The notes under the pieces are model-generated. The model had not been told where the DNA came from, made no database searches, and saw only the letters and a program-made list of their open reading frames with translations. Below are positions 23,693-32,904 of a stretch of DNA of 64,000 nucleotides, one piece after another (positions within the stretch are counted from its first letter, which is position 1; each line of letters opens with the position of its first letter). The position numbers and the translations under genes are program-made. This stretch comes from an uncultured delta proteobacterium. Its GTDB lineage: Bacteria > Myxococcota_A > Polyangia > Polyangiales > Polyangiaceae. The stretch covers positions 512,001 to 576,000 of the forward strand of contig CAWJCS010000003.1 in NCBI GenBank assembly GCA_963841435.1, given 5' to 3'.

Positions 23693-25033
23693 ATGGGTTC
23701 GAGCTTGCCGCATTGTCCGAAGTGCCACACGGAAATGTTCGAGGGTGCGCACTTTTGCATGCGGTGTGGGACCTCGCTCGGTGACCCGGCGGCCGAGCCC
23801 GGCGCGCGCCACAACACGATGCGGCCGGTCGCCGAATCGGAGGCGCGGCCGTCGGGACCGGCAGCGCTCTGGTCGGGCGCCGAGGCAGCGGCCTCTCTCG
23901 CGGATTCCGTTTACGCCGCCATCGAAGAGGTGGCGAGCACGAGGAGCGAACCGCGCTCGACCGAGCTCGAAGCGATCCAGCCGGGCGACATCGACGCGAT
24001 CGACGAAGGTTTCGCGGGGCTCGACGCCGACAGCGCACGAACGGCTCCCGACGGAGCACCGACTTCTGACCCCGACCCACGGAGAAAACATCGGATGGCT
24101 GAATTCAATCGTGATGAAGTCATGCGGCGCGTCCGCATGAAACAGAGCCTGAAACGTGCCGGGCTGAACGGCCTGGACCTCTCGGGAGCCTCGCTCGAGG
24201 GCGTGGATTTCAGCCGCGCCGAATTGGACGGCGCGAACCTCGACAACGCCAAGCTCCGGGGCGCCGTGCTCGCGAACGCGAGCCTGCGCGGAGCCTCGCT
24301 CAAGGGGGCCGACCTCACCGAGTGCGACCTCAAGAAGGCCGATCTCGACGGCGCCGATCTCACGGGCGCGAAGCTCGTCGCAGCGAATCTCGAGCGCGCG
24401 AGCCTCGAAGAGGCTCGGCTCCCGGCCGTCGATCTGAAGGGCGCTGACGCGCGGCACGCGGCGTTCATGCGTGCCGATCTCACGGGCGCGAATCTCGGTC
24501 AGGCGAAGCTCGCCGGCGCAAGCTTCGAAGAAGCTCGGCTCGGCGCCCTCGTGTTCGACTGGATCGACGCGAGCCCGGGCGGCGACGGCAGCCTCCACCT
24601 CGACGGCGCCCGCGCGTTCGCCTTTCTCTCCGGTCGCGAAGTGGAGGAGCGACCCGCGTCGCGCTACTTCGGCAAGGGCGACGTGCTGCGCGACGCCACG
24701 CTCGAGTTCGGAAAGGATTCCGTGATTCAGATCGACAGCCGCTTCGAGAACTGCTCCATCGCGCTCGGCGAGGGTGCGGACCTGACGATCGGCGAAGCGG
24801 GCGTGCTGAAGAATTGCGAGATTGTCGGCCACGGGAAAATCACGGTGCACGGCCGATTTTTCGAGCGACAGAGCCCCGGCATCGTCGGCGCGAGGAGCGT
24901 CGTCGTGAGCGCACGTGGGGCGATGGTGGGGGGGATCGAGCAGGCCGCCGAGGCCACCGTGTTCGCGTTCGAGCCGGGCAGCCGGCTGCGTGTGAAGATC
25001 CTGCGGCCGCGCGAGCGCGCCGCGGCCGAATGA
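23693..25033 (+). CDS. Zn-ribbon + pentapeptide-repeat protein with bactofilin-like C-terminal domain
   Basis: CPKC..FCMRCG; about 25 A(D/N)Lxx repeats; C-terminus IQIDSRFENCSI..LTIGEAGVLK..ITVHG. Confidence 0.8.
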   Translation: MGSSLPHCPKCHTEMFEGAHFCMRCGTSLGDPAAEPGARHNTMRPVAESEARPSGPAALWSGAEAAASLADSVYAAIEEVASTRSEPRSTELEAIQPGDIDAIDEGFAGLDADSARTAPDGAPTSDPDPRRKHRMAEFNRDEVMRRVRMKQSLKRAGLNGLDLSGASLEGVDFSRAELDGANLDNAKLRGAVLANASLRGASLKGADLTECDLKKADLDGADLTGAKLVAANLERASLEEARLPAVDLKGADARHAAFMRADLTGANLGQAKLAGASFEEARLGALVFDWIDASPGGDGSLHLDGARAFAFLSGREVEERPASRYFGKGDVLRDATLEFGKDSVIQIDSRFENCSIALGEGADLTIGEAGVLKNCEIVGHGKITVHGRFFERQSPGIVGARSVVVSARGAMVGGIEQAAEATVFAFEPGSRLRVKILRPRERAAAE

Positions 25034-25058
25034 TCCGAGAGCGAGAGGAACCACGATC

Positions 25059-25724
25059 ATGAGCAATACCTATCGTCCCAGTGCCCCCGCGCGTCACACC
25101 GTCGTGGAGGAGGGAACCGAGTTCAAGGGTGCCCTCACCTCGTCTTGCCCCATCGACGTACGCGGCAAGATCGAGGGCGACATCACCACGCCTTCGCTCA
25201 CGGTGAGCTCGACGGGCGCCGTTCACGGCCGCGCCAAGGTGGGCGCTGTCCGCTCCGAGGGCGAGCTGTCCGGTGAGTTCGACGCGGAAAGCGTCGAGCT
25301 TGCCGGCAAGGTGAAGGACAACACCGTGATTCGCGCGCGCTCGCTCTCCGTGAAGCTCGGCAGCGGCGAGGGCAAGGTGCTGCAGGTGATCTTCGGAGAG
25401 TGCGAGTTGTCGATCGGCGACGAGCCCACGGAGATGGACGCCGTCGAACCGGCAAAGGCGGCTCGCGCGAGCGAGGAGCCTGCCGCCGCGCAAGGTGACG
25501 CCCCCGCGCCCGAGGGTGTCGCTGCGGAGGCTGGCGATCCGGGCGAGGCCGAAGCAGCCGAGGGCGAGGAAGACGAGGAGCCCGCCGAAGGCTCCGACGC
25601 CGTCGCCGCACAAGGCGGCAAGCGCCGCCGCAAGAAGCAAGGCAAGGAGCAGAACGGGCACTCGGAGGACGTCGCCCAGGCCGGCTGGTCGCAGCCCCCG
25701 TCGCAGCCCCCGCCCGCGAGCTGA
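25059..25724 (+). CDS. Bactofilin (polymer-forming cytoskeletal protein) with acidic tail
   Basis: TVVEEGTEFKG..IDVRGKIEGDI..LTVSSTGAVHG; GAGG RBS. Confidence 0.88.
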   Translation: MSNTYRPSAPARHTVVEEGTEFKGALTSSCPIDVRGKIEGDITTPSLTVSSTGAVHGRAKVGAVRSEGELSGEFDAESVELAGKVKDNTVIRARSLSVKLGSGEGKVLQVIFGECELSIGDEPTEMDAVEPAKAARASEEPAAAQGDAPAPEGVAAEAGDPGEAEAAEGEEDEEPAEGSDAVAAQGGKRRRKKQGKEQNGHSEDVAQAGWSQPPSQPPPAS

Positions 25725-25855
25725 GGCCGGACTCAGGCGGAGCGGGCGAGCCCGCGTGCCACGCGGCCGGGCACGCGGGCGGGCCTACGAAACGCCCCGG
25801 TTCGGGACGTCGTGCCACACCGAGCGGCGCCGCGCGTGCGCGGGCTCGCCCTCGC

Positions 25856-26020
25856 TCAATTAGGGACGCGTCGTCCGGCGATGAGCGCTACGATGGCGAT
25901 CACCAGAAACGCCACGAAGAGCAGCTTCGCGACGCCCGCCGCACCCGCGGCGATCCCCCCGAAGCCAAACAGCGCGGCAATCAGAGCAATGATGAAAAAG
26001 ACGGCTGCCCAATAGAGCAT
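25856..26020 (-). CDS. DUF1328 (UPF0391/YtjA-like) small membrane protein
   Basis: [44 protein letters not shown]. Confidence 0.93.
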   Translation of the reverse strand: MLYWAAVFFIIALIAALFGFGGIAAGAAGVAKLLFVAFLVIAIVALIAGRRVPN

Positions 26021-26071
26021 TTTGGAATCTCCTTGTTGCTCGCTCGTCGAGAGCGATCGAAGGGGGGTGGC

Positions 26072-26088
26072 TGCAAGGGGCGGGCCAG
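26072..26088 (-). promoter_or_regulatory. Sigma54 promoter for the DUF1328 gene
   Basis: CTGGCCCGCCCCTTGCA. Confidence 0.7.
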
Positions 26089-26132
26089 CGAGCGACCTCG
26101 CGAGCGGTCGGTGCACGACGAGTGGCGCCGAC

Positions 26133-26150
26133 GTGGCACGAACGCTGCAA
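26133..26150 (+). promoter_or_regulatory. Sigma54 promoter (divergent)
   Basis: GTGGCACGAACGCTGCAA. Confidence 0.7.
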
Positions 26151-26281
26151 CGCGCGGGCGCGTGAACGAGAACCACCGATCCATCGCCGGAGATCCTGCG
26201 AAACGAACCACCTCGAGCGGCCCTCGAGCCTTCGAACGGAGAGAAGAGCGAGCCAGGCGAGCGCGGCGAGTCACCCGCGTG

Positions 26282-26797
26282 ATGCGGGCGAGCTTGCTCG
26301 TGTCGGGTTTCGTTGCGCCTTCGCTCGTCTCGGCCATCGCGGCAGCGGAGACGAAGGTTGCCGTGGACGTCGAGGCGAGCCGGACGACGACACCGTCGCG
26401 TCACGGGGGGTACGGCGTGGGGCTTCGCATCGGGCACGCTTGGGACCTGCCGCTCCTGTCGCTCACGCCGGAGTTTTCCGCGAGCTTCCATCGCTTCTCG
26501 GGTGCGCCCGCTGCCTCGACGGAGCGCTTCATGGCGGGAGGACGCTTGGGCCTCGGATTCGTGATCGAGCCGAGCGTGTTCGCGCACGCGGGCGTCGGGC
26601 ATTATTCGTACGACGATGTCGGCGGCGAGCACTCGCACACCTCGCTCGGCTACGACGTGGGGCTCGCGCTGGATTTGACGGCGTTGCCGGTCATCGACCT
26701 CGGCGTTCACGCCGCCGCGGCGGGCGTCGCCGGCTCCCCGGCAAGAGAGCCGTTTCCATGGCTCACGCTCGGCGGGCACGTCGCGTTCGGATTCTGA
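26282..26797 (+). CDS. Small outer-membrane beta-barrel protein
   Basis: Signal-like N-terminus, alternating strands, C-terminal GGHVAFGF. Confidence 0.65.
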   Translation: MRASLLVSGFVAPSLVSAIAAAETKVAVDVEASRTTTPSRHGGYGVGLRIGHAWDLPLLSLTPEFSASFHRFSGAPAASTERFMAGGRLGLGFVIEPSVFAHAGVGHYSYDDVGGEHSHTSLGYDVGLALDLTALPVIDLGVHAAAAGVAGSPAREPFPWLTLGGHVAFGF

Positions 26798-26913
26798 TTG
26801 GCAACGGCTGGGGCGCGACATTTTGCCTCGCCCCCATTCATCATGCCGCAAATTTGTCACGCACCAGACGCATGAAATCCTGCGCTTTTTCGACTGATCT
26901 GGTGTGTAGGGAA

Positions 26914-26930
26914 CTGGCATACAATGTGCT
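26914..26930 (+). promoter_or_regulatory. Sigma54 promoter of the activator gene
   Basis: CTGGCATACAATGTGCT, ATG at 26943. Confidence 0.75.
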
Positions 26931-26942
26931 GATTCCCTGGAG

Positions 26943-28365
26943 ATGTTTTCCACCACCAGCGCCGTCCAAACCGACCCGGCAGGCCCGCCGTCCGGGGATC
27001 GTCTGACGCCAACGAGCAGCGCCCCGCGCGTTCTGGTGACGGACGACGATCTGGAGACCTGCGAGCTCACGCAAGACCAGCTGTCGCGGCGGGGATACGA
27101 CATCTCGTGGCGCCTGACGGCCGAGGAAGCTCTCGCTGAGCTCGACCACGACTACGACGTGCTGCTCGCGGACATCCAGATGGAGGGCATGAGTGGGCTC
27201 GACCTCTGCCGGGCGGCGCTCGAGAAAAGACCCGATCTCTCCGTCGTCGTGATGACCGGCTTCGGCACCGTCGAGCACGCCGTTCAGGCGATGCGGGCCG
27301 GCGCGTACGACTTCGTGACGAAACCGTTTTCGATCGAGGCGCTGGGCATGGCCATCGATCGGGCCGTGCGCCATCGCGCCATGAGCCAGGAGCTCCGGCG
27401 CCTGCGGCGCTCGGTTCAACAACCTCGAGCTGCCGAACCTCGTGGGTCGCAGCTCGCCCATGCGATCGATGGTGAGTGTCATCGATCGGGTCGCCGAGAG
27501 CGACGCCACGGTGCTCGTGACCGGCGAGAGCGGGACGGGCAAGGAGCTCGTCGCTCGGGCGATCCACGAACGCAGTGGGCGGCTGGGGCCGTTCCTCCCG
27601 ATCAACTGCGCCGCGCTGCCCGAAACACTGCTCGAGAGCGAGCTTTTCGGACACGCCAAGGGCGCTTTCACCGATGCGCGCCAGCCGCGCAGCGGTCTGT
27701 TCGTCGAGGCCAATCGTGGCACGTTGTTCTTGGACGAGATCGGCGAGATGTCGCTAGGGATGCAGGCGAAAATTCTGCGGGCGCTCCAGGAGCGCACCGT
27801 GCGGCCGCTCGGCTCCGCTCAGGAAATCCACTGCGACACGCGCATCGTCGCCGCTACGAATCACGACCTCGAAAAAGCCGTTCAGGAAAAGACCTTCCGC
27901 GAGGATCTCTACTATCGCGTCAACGTCGTCCGCATCGACGTGCCCCCGCTCAGGGACCGCGCCAACGACGTGCTGCTCCTCGCGCAGCACTTCTTGACCC
28001 AGGCGGCCGCGCGCAGCGGAAAATCGGTGACGCGCCTCGGTCAGCTCGTGGCGGAGCGCCTCATCAACTACGACTGGCCAGGCAACGTGCGAGAGCTCGA
28101 AAACTGCCTCGAACGCGCCGTGGCGCTGGCGCGCTTCGACGAGATCACGCTGGAAGACTTGCCCAGCAAGATCCGCGAGCATCGCCCCACGGACCTCGGC
28201 TCGCTCGGTGACGACGCGGAGCACCTCTTGTCGATGGAAGAGGTCGAGGAACGCTACATTCGCAAGGTGCTGAACGCCGTCTCGGGCAACAAGACCGTGG
28301 CCGCGAAGATCCTCGGTCTCGATCGCCGCACGCTCTACCGACGCCTCGCGCGCACGGCGACCTGA
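26943..28365 (+). CDS. NtrC/AtoC-type sigma54 response regulator (REC-AAA-Fis HTH), +1 frameshift near 27416
   Basis: REC ([15 protein letters not shown]) in one frame; [41 protein letters not shown] in the next. Confidence 0.9.
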
Positions 28366-28384
28366 TCCGCCCCGCCTGCGGGCG

Positions 28385-28828
28385 TCAATAGCTGAGGAGC
28401 GCCTCGAGCTGCTCGCTCGGGATCGGCTTGACGACGTAGGCATGAAAGCCTTCCGCCAGCGCTGCTTGTCGCAGCGCGGGGTCGGCGCTGCCCGTGAGGG
28501 CGATCAGGCGGGCCGAGGTCAGGCCGACTTCTCGCAGTCGGCGTGCGAGCTCCCAGCCGTCCATCTCGGGCAAACCGAGGTCGAGCAAAACCACGTCGGG
28601 GTGATTCTCCTCGCCGAGCCGCAACGCCTCGCTCGGCGTCGCCGCCGAGACGACCGAGTGACCCATGAGCTCGATGAGCGCGGTCATCACGTCCCGCGAA
28701 TCGTCGTCATCCTCGATGAGGAGCACGCGACGCGACTTGAACGTCGAGCGCTGAGGTAGGACCACGGGGGGGGGCGGAGCATACCGGCGAGCCCGGAAGG
28801 CTGACGAGACAAAAGCTCTTCGAGCCAT
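28385..28828 (-). CDS. Single-domain response regulator
   Basis: LLIEDDDD, LLDLGLPEMDG, ALTG, VKP; start uncertain. Confidence 0.85.
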   Translation of the reverse strand: MARRAFVSSAFRARRYAPPPPVVLPQRSTFKSRRVLLIEDDDDSRDVMTALIELMGHSVVSAATPSEALRLGEENHPDVVLLDLGLPEMDGWELARRLREVGLTSARLIALTGSADPALRQAALAEGFHAYVVKPIPSEQLEALLSY

Positions 28829-28843
28829 GGAACAGCCCTTGCT
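28827..28843 (+). promoter_or_regulatory. Sigma54 promoter of the Ser/Thr kinase
   Basis: ATGGAACAGCCCTTGCT, ATG at 28856. Confidence 0.65.
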
Positions 28844-28855
28844 TTGGGTTCCTCC

Positions 28856-30136
28856 ATGACGGAAAAGCCGGCCTGCGACATTCTTGCGCCTAGTGTGCCG
28901 ATGGCGCTCCCCCCCGGGACGGTCCTCGGGGGGCGTTACCTGCTCGGGGAAATGCTCGGTGAGGGAGGGCTTTCGATCGTCCACGCCGCGTTCGACCGTC
29001 GGCTCGAGCGGAACGTGGCGATCAAGCTGCTCCGGGGGGACCGCGCCTCGGCCGAGCTCCTGCGGCGGTTCGTGACGGAGGCGCGAACCCTCGCGAGGAT
29101 CCAGAGCCGGCATGTCGTCGGGGTCCTCGACCTCGGTGTGTTCACGAACGAAGATCGCGAGCGCGTCCCCTACATGGTGCTCGAGCTGCTCGAGGGCTCG
29201 GACCTCAGGGCCTTCAGCCGCGAGCTCGGTACGCTACCGCCCTCGTGGGTTGCACTCGCCGCGCTGCAAGCCTGCGAGGCACTGGCGGCCGCACACGCGG
29301 TCGGCATCGTTCATCGCGACGTGAAGCCCGAGAACATCTTCGTCGTCGGCGACGGCGTCAACGCGAGCCTCGAGATCAAGGTGGTGGATTTCGGCATCGC
29401 GAAGACCCCGCGGCCGCAGCAGAGGCAGCCCCGCGTGACGCTCGAAGGGGAACAGCTCGGCTCCCCCGGATACATGGCGCCCGAGCAGCTCTGCGACGCG
29501 CGCGACGTGGACGAACGCACGGACATCTGGTCTCTCGGCGTCGTGATGTACGAGCTCTTGGCGGGCGGCCCGCCGTTTTGCGGAGGGACCCAGCGGGAGA
29601 TCTGCGCGAGTATTCTCACCGGCAACTACTTGCCGCTCGACGCGATCAATCCGAGTCTGCCAGAAGGCTACGTCACGATCGTGCACCGCTGCATCCAGGC
29701 GGATCGCCAGCTGCGCTTCGACGACGTGCTCGGGCTAGCGCGGGCGCTCGCGCCCTACGCGGGTCCCGAAGGGCGTGCCCACGTCGCCGAAATCGAACGG
29801 GGCCTCACACCGGCGGGCGACGTGCACGCCGCCAAACCCTCCGAGCGGCCTGATCTCGCCCCATACGCCGAAACCGCCCACGCACCTCCACCGAACGAGG
29901 AGGACGTGGTGGTTCCGCTCACGACGCGACGGCGCTCGCTTCGGCGCTGGACGGCGCGCGCGCTGTGCCTGGCCGCTCTGCTCCCCCTGACCGCGCTCGC
30001 GGCGCTCGCCGTGGGCAGCCGGCTCGAGCCCACGGCAGCGCCATCGCGCCACGCCGTGCGCGCGCTGCGGGGCATGGCGGACGACCTCGCCGGCCGCGTC
30101 GGACGCTCGTTGTCGCGCGGTGCCGCGCCGAATTGA
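28856..30136 (+). CDS. Hanks-type Ser/Thr protein kinase with C-terminal TM helix
   Basis: GEGG, VAIK, HRDVKPEN, DFG, YMAPE, DIWSLG. Confidence 0.93.
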   Translation: MTEKPACDILAPSVPMALPPGTVLGGRYLLGEMLGEGGLSIVHAAFDRRLERNVAIKLLRGDRASAELLRRFVTEARTLARIQSRHVVGVLDLGVFTNEDRERVPYMVLELLEGSDLRAFSRELGTLPPSWVALAALQACEALAAAHAVGIVHRDVKPENIFVVGDGVNASLEIKVVDFGIAKTPRPQQRQPRVTLEGEQLGSPGYMAPEQLCDARDVDERTDIWSLGVVMYELLAGGPPFCGGTQREICASILTGNYLPLDAINPSLPEGYVTIVHRCIQADRQLRFDDVLGLARALAPYAGPEGRAHVAEIERGLTPAGDVHAAKPSERPDLAPYAETAHAPPPNEEDVVVPLTTRRRSLRRWTARALCLAALLPLTALAALAVGSRLEPTAAPSRHAVRALRGMADDLAGRVGRSLSRGAAPN

Positions 30137-30186
30137 GACACGTGGAGCGACGTCGCATGCCGGCGTCGTGGCCCCGAATCGGTAGG

Positions 30187-30203
30187 TTGGCACCTTACGT
30201 GCT
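30187..30203 (+). promoter_or_regulatory. Sigma54 promoter
   Basis: TTGGCACCTTACGTGCT, ATG at 30215. Confidence 0.75.
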
Positions 30204-30214
30204 TCCTTCCGGGC

Positions 30215-30730
30215 ATGGAGCCGAACTTTCGAGACAAGCTGAGTCAGGCCGATACCCTGCCCGATCCGTCGTCAAATCGGACGTTCGACGCCACCGAGGG
30301 CGACGCGGCGCGCAACTTCGTCTTGTCGCTCGCGCTGGAGGCTTACGAAAAGGAAATGGGTTGCGCGCGGCTGTGCGCGCTCGCCGCCCCGACATTGCGC
30401 ACCCGAGAGACGGCAAGCGCCGTCGATCGGCGCCGCCGTGCCGCCCTACGCCGCGCCGAAGCCGTACGTCACATGGGCGACCTCTTGGGCCAGGATCTGC
30501 GCGACGACGACGGCCGAAACTTGCGCCAAGCGACGGCGCACCATCGCATCGTCTGCCTGGCGGCATCGCTCAAGATGGCGACCGAAAGCCGCGACGCGGA
30601 GCTCGCGGAAAGCGTCTCGCTCGAGTGCGTCGTGCAGGCGCGGACGATGGCGCGCATGACCTGGGGCAAGCTCGTGGCCGCCGCGAAGGTGTTGCACATG
30701 GCCGAGGCGCTCGCCGCGTCCGAGCGCTGA
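30215..30730 (+). CDS. Degenerate ferritin-like helical protein
   Basis: LALEAYEKEMG..AELAESVSLECVVQA..MTWGKL recalls DUF892-like ferritin-fold stress proteins. Confidence 0.45.
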   Translation: MEPNFRDKLSQADTLPDPSSNRTFDATEGDAARNFVLSLALEAYEKEMGCARLCALAAPTLRTRETASAVDRRRRAALRRAEAVRHMGDLLGQDLRDDDGRNLRQATAHHRIVCLAASLKMATESRDAELAESVSLECVVQARTMARMTWGKLVAAAKVLHMAEALAASER

Positions 30731-30772
30731 GCGACTGGCCGAGGCGCTCGCCGCGTCCGAGCGCTGAGCGAC
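30699..30772. repeat. Exact 37-bp tandem duplication
   Basis: TGGCCGAGGCGCTCGCCGCGTCCGAGCGCTGAGCGAC at 30699-30735 and 30736-30772. Confidence 0.95.
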
Positions 30773-30887
30773 GAGCACCGAGCTCGGAGGCTTCCTCCAG
30801 AACGACGAACGCCATACCGCCGGGCTAGCCGACGACCGTCGAGGCGCCGCGCCGCGGGGGAACGTCAGGCGAAGGCGAAGGCGTGGG

Positions 30888-31118
30888 TTAATGCGTGTCG
30901 GCGTCAACCTTCTCGCCCGCGTTGTCAACGCCATCCTCGACCTGATCGGCAGCGTCCTGCGCCTTCTCCTTTGCCTTTGCGGCGGATTCGTCCACTTGTT
31001 CCCCCGCTCGTTCGGCGGGTCCGTCCGCGGGCTCGTGCGAGCCGCCGCAGGCAACGGCCGAAAGACCGAGCAGCGAAGAGACCATGAGCACACGACCGGT
31101 TCGATGGGTGAGGAGCAT
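30888..31118 (-). CDS. Small LEA/YtxH-like lipoprotein
   Basis: Lipobox [28 protein letters not shown]. Confidence 0.75.
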   Translation of the reverse strand: MLLTHRTGRVLMVSSLLGLSAVACGGSHEPADGPAERAGEQVDESAAKAKEKAQDAADQVEDGVDNAGEKVDADTH

Positions 31119-31163
31119 GCGATCCTTTCTCGCTTCGTTTCCCGAAGCAGAAGCTCGTCATGC

Positions 31164-31180
31164 TGCACGTCGCGTGCCAG
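31164..31180 (-). promoter_or_regulatory. Sigma54 promoter
   Basis: CTGGCACGCGACGTGCA. Confidence 0.72.
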
Positions 31181-31355
31181 CCGAGCCGCTCGCCACGGTC
31201 GCCAATGGCCACGCGAGCGGGCTCAGCGGGGTCCCGAGCGTCCGAGGTCCGCTTCGGCGACAACGAGGCAATGCTCCCCGTGCGCCTTCAGCGCCGGGCA
31301 CCAGCGTGAGAGCGCGGCGCACGCGATACGTCGGCGGTGGGACTGACGTCGGGCA

Positions 31356-31372
31356 CTGGCACGCACTCTGCA
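31356..31372 (+). promoter_or_regulatory. Sigma54 promoter
   Basis: CTGGCACGCACTCTGCA. Confidence 0.72.
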
Positions 31373-31464
31373 CGGGACCCTGACAGCGCCGCCCGGAGCG
31401 GACTTTTCTGGCCTATTTCCGGGAGCGCGCGCCCCGAACCCCCGCACTACCCGTGAGCAACATC

Positions 31465-31968
31465 ATGAAACGAACCAACCCAATCGATACCCGGACGACA
31501 GGCAACGGAATTCTGAAATCCATCGCGCTCGCCGGGACACTGGCTGTCGCTTCCCTGCTGCCCGCCACGGCGCACGCACGGAGCGACAAGCAGCGCGTGG
31601 AAACGACCCAACCGAATCGCGGCATGCTCCGCTCGGGCGTCGTGACGCTCGGCCTTTCCTACGTGCCAGCGTTCGTCGTCGCCGCGTCGAGCGACCTCCA
31701 CTCCGACCGCTACCTGTACGCGCCGGTCGCTGGACCGTGGCTCGACTTCGCGAAACGTGAATGCACTTCGTGCGAGCACGAGACCGCCAACAAAGTGCTG
31801 CTCGTGACCGACGGCATCTTCCAGGCGATCGGTGCGCTCGACATCGTCGGCTCGGTCATCTTCGTCGAGACGCGAACGACCTACGTCGAGGCGGAGGCGC
31901 CCCGGTTCCGTCTGACGCCGGCCCGGATGGCAGGCGGCTACGGCCTCGTCGCCCACGGCACCTTCTGA
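31465..31968 (+). CDS. Exported hypothetical protein
   Basis: Signal peptide ending AHA; PVAGPW; C-terminal GLVAHGTF. Confidence 0.7.
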   Translation: MKRTNPIDTRTTGNGILKSIALAGTLAVASLLPATAHARSDKQRVETTQPNRGMLRSGVVTLGLSYVPAFVVAASSDLHSDRYLYAPVAGPWLDFAKRECTSCEHETANKVLLVTDGIFQAIGALDIVGSVIFVETRTTYVEAEAPRFRLTPARMAGGYGLVAHGTF

Positions 31969-32013
31969 CCAGACCCGATTGAACGGCCTGGGCTCGGGCG
32001 GGCACGAACGCCC

Positions 32014-32904
32014 ATGAGCCACCGGAACGTCTCGGGCATCGCGCTCGCGTTTGCCACCCTAGTTCAATCTTTTCCACTGTTTGCAGCCACCGAACCGGGG
32101 CCGCTCGCCGAGGCGGTCACCGAGACCCGAGCCCCCGCGAGCCTACCGCCCGACGAGCCACGCGGCGACGCGAGCGCCCAAGCGGCGCCCCAGGCCGAGC
32201 CCGCACCGAGCGTGCCCGCCGAGCCCTCGAGCGTCGCGGAGCCACCCGCATCGGGCCTTGAATATAGCTCGCGTCCGGCGCTGCCGACGCCCGTGAGTGT
32301 CGAGCCGGCGCCCGTGACAGGGCCGGCATACGACGGACCACAGCTGCTCATCTCCAAGCACAAAACGACGGTCGGTGCGTATGCCGGCATCGGCACCGCA
32401 TACACGCACATGCTGCATCGCGACGGCGTCGTCGCGAACCTCGAGGCGGCCCTGCTCATCGAGCATCGCTTGAGCATCGGGCTCGGTGGCTACGTCTTCT
32501 CGCGCACGCCGCGCGGTCCCGCCGGGCCCGACGGCGAGCCGCGTGAGTTCGGGGCCACCTACGGCGGGCTTTCGCTGCGCTACGCGCTCTACGCGAGAAA
32601 CTTCCCGGTCTACGCCTCGCTCGGCGTGCTGCTCGGCGGCGGGGCCGTAGCGCTCGTCGACGAACGCTACACCCACGGAGGCTACGACGACACTCAGCAC
32701 GACGACCACTGGGACAACGGCAGCGTCGAACCGTTTCTGGTTCTGCAGCCCGAGCTCTTCCTGCACGCCAACGTGACGCGCTGGATGCGGTTCGGCGTCG
32801 GCGGTGGCTATCGATTCGCGAGCGCCATCGAGCGATATGATCTTGCGTCCAAGCATCTCGGCGGCGCGGTCGCAGGCGCGAACGTTCAGTTCGGCTGGCT
32901 CTGA
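32014..32904 (+). CDS. Outer-membrane beta-barrel protein with Pro-rich N-terminus
   Basis: Signal peptide, amphipathic strands, C-terminal NVQFGWL. Confidence 0.7.
   Translation: MSHRNVSGIALAFATLVQSFPLFAATEPGPLAEAVTETRAPASLPPDEPRGDASAQAAPQAEPAPSVPAEPSSVAEPPASGLEYSSRPALPTPVSVEPAPVTGPAYDGPQLLISKHKTTVGAYAGIGTAYTHMLHRDGVVANLEAALLIEHRLSIGLGGYVFSRTPRGPAGPDGEPREFGATYGGLSLRYALYARNFPVYASLGVLLGGGAVALVDERYTHGGYDDTQHDDHWDNGSVEPFLVLQPELFLHANVTRWMRFGVGGGYRFASAIERYDLASKHLGGAVAGANVQFGWL

Noticed and set aside
27410-27445. Programmed frameshift separating REC from the AAA domain
   Set aside because: No slippery site, and it has the same signature as five other probable sequencing insertions.
30699-30772. 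37-bp repeat as a CRISPR array or att site
   Set aside because: Two abutting copies with no spacer, and no cas or integrase nearby.
31998-32016. GG-N10-GC just upstream of ATG 32014
   Set aside because: Lacks the TGGCA and TGC context; likely chance in GC-rich DNA.
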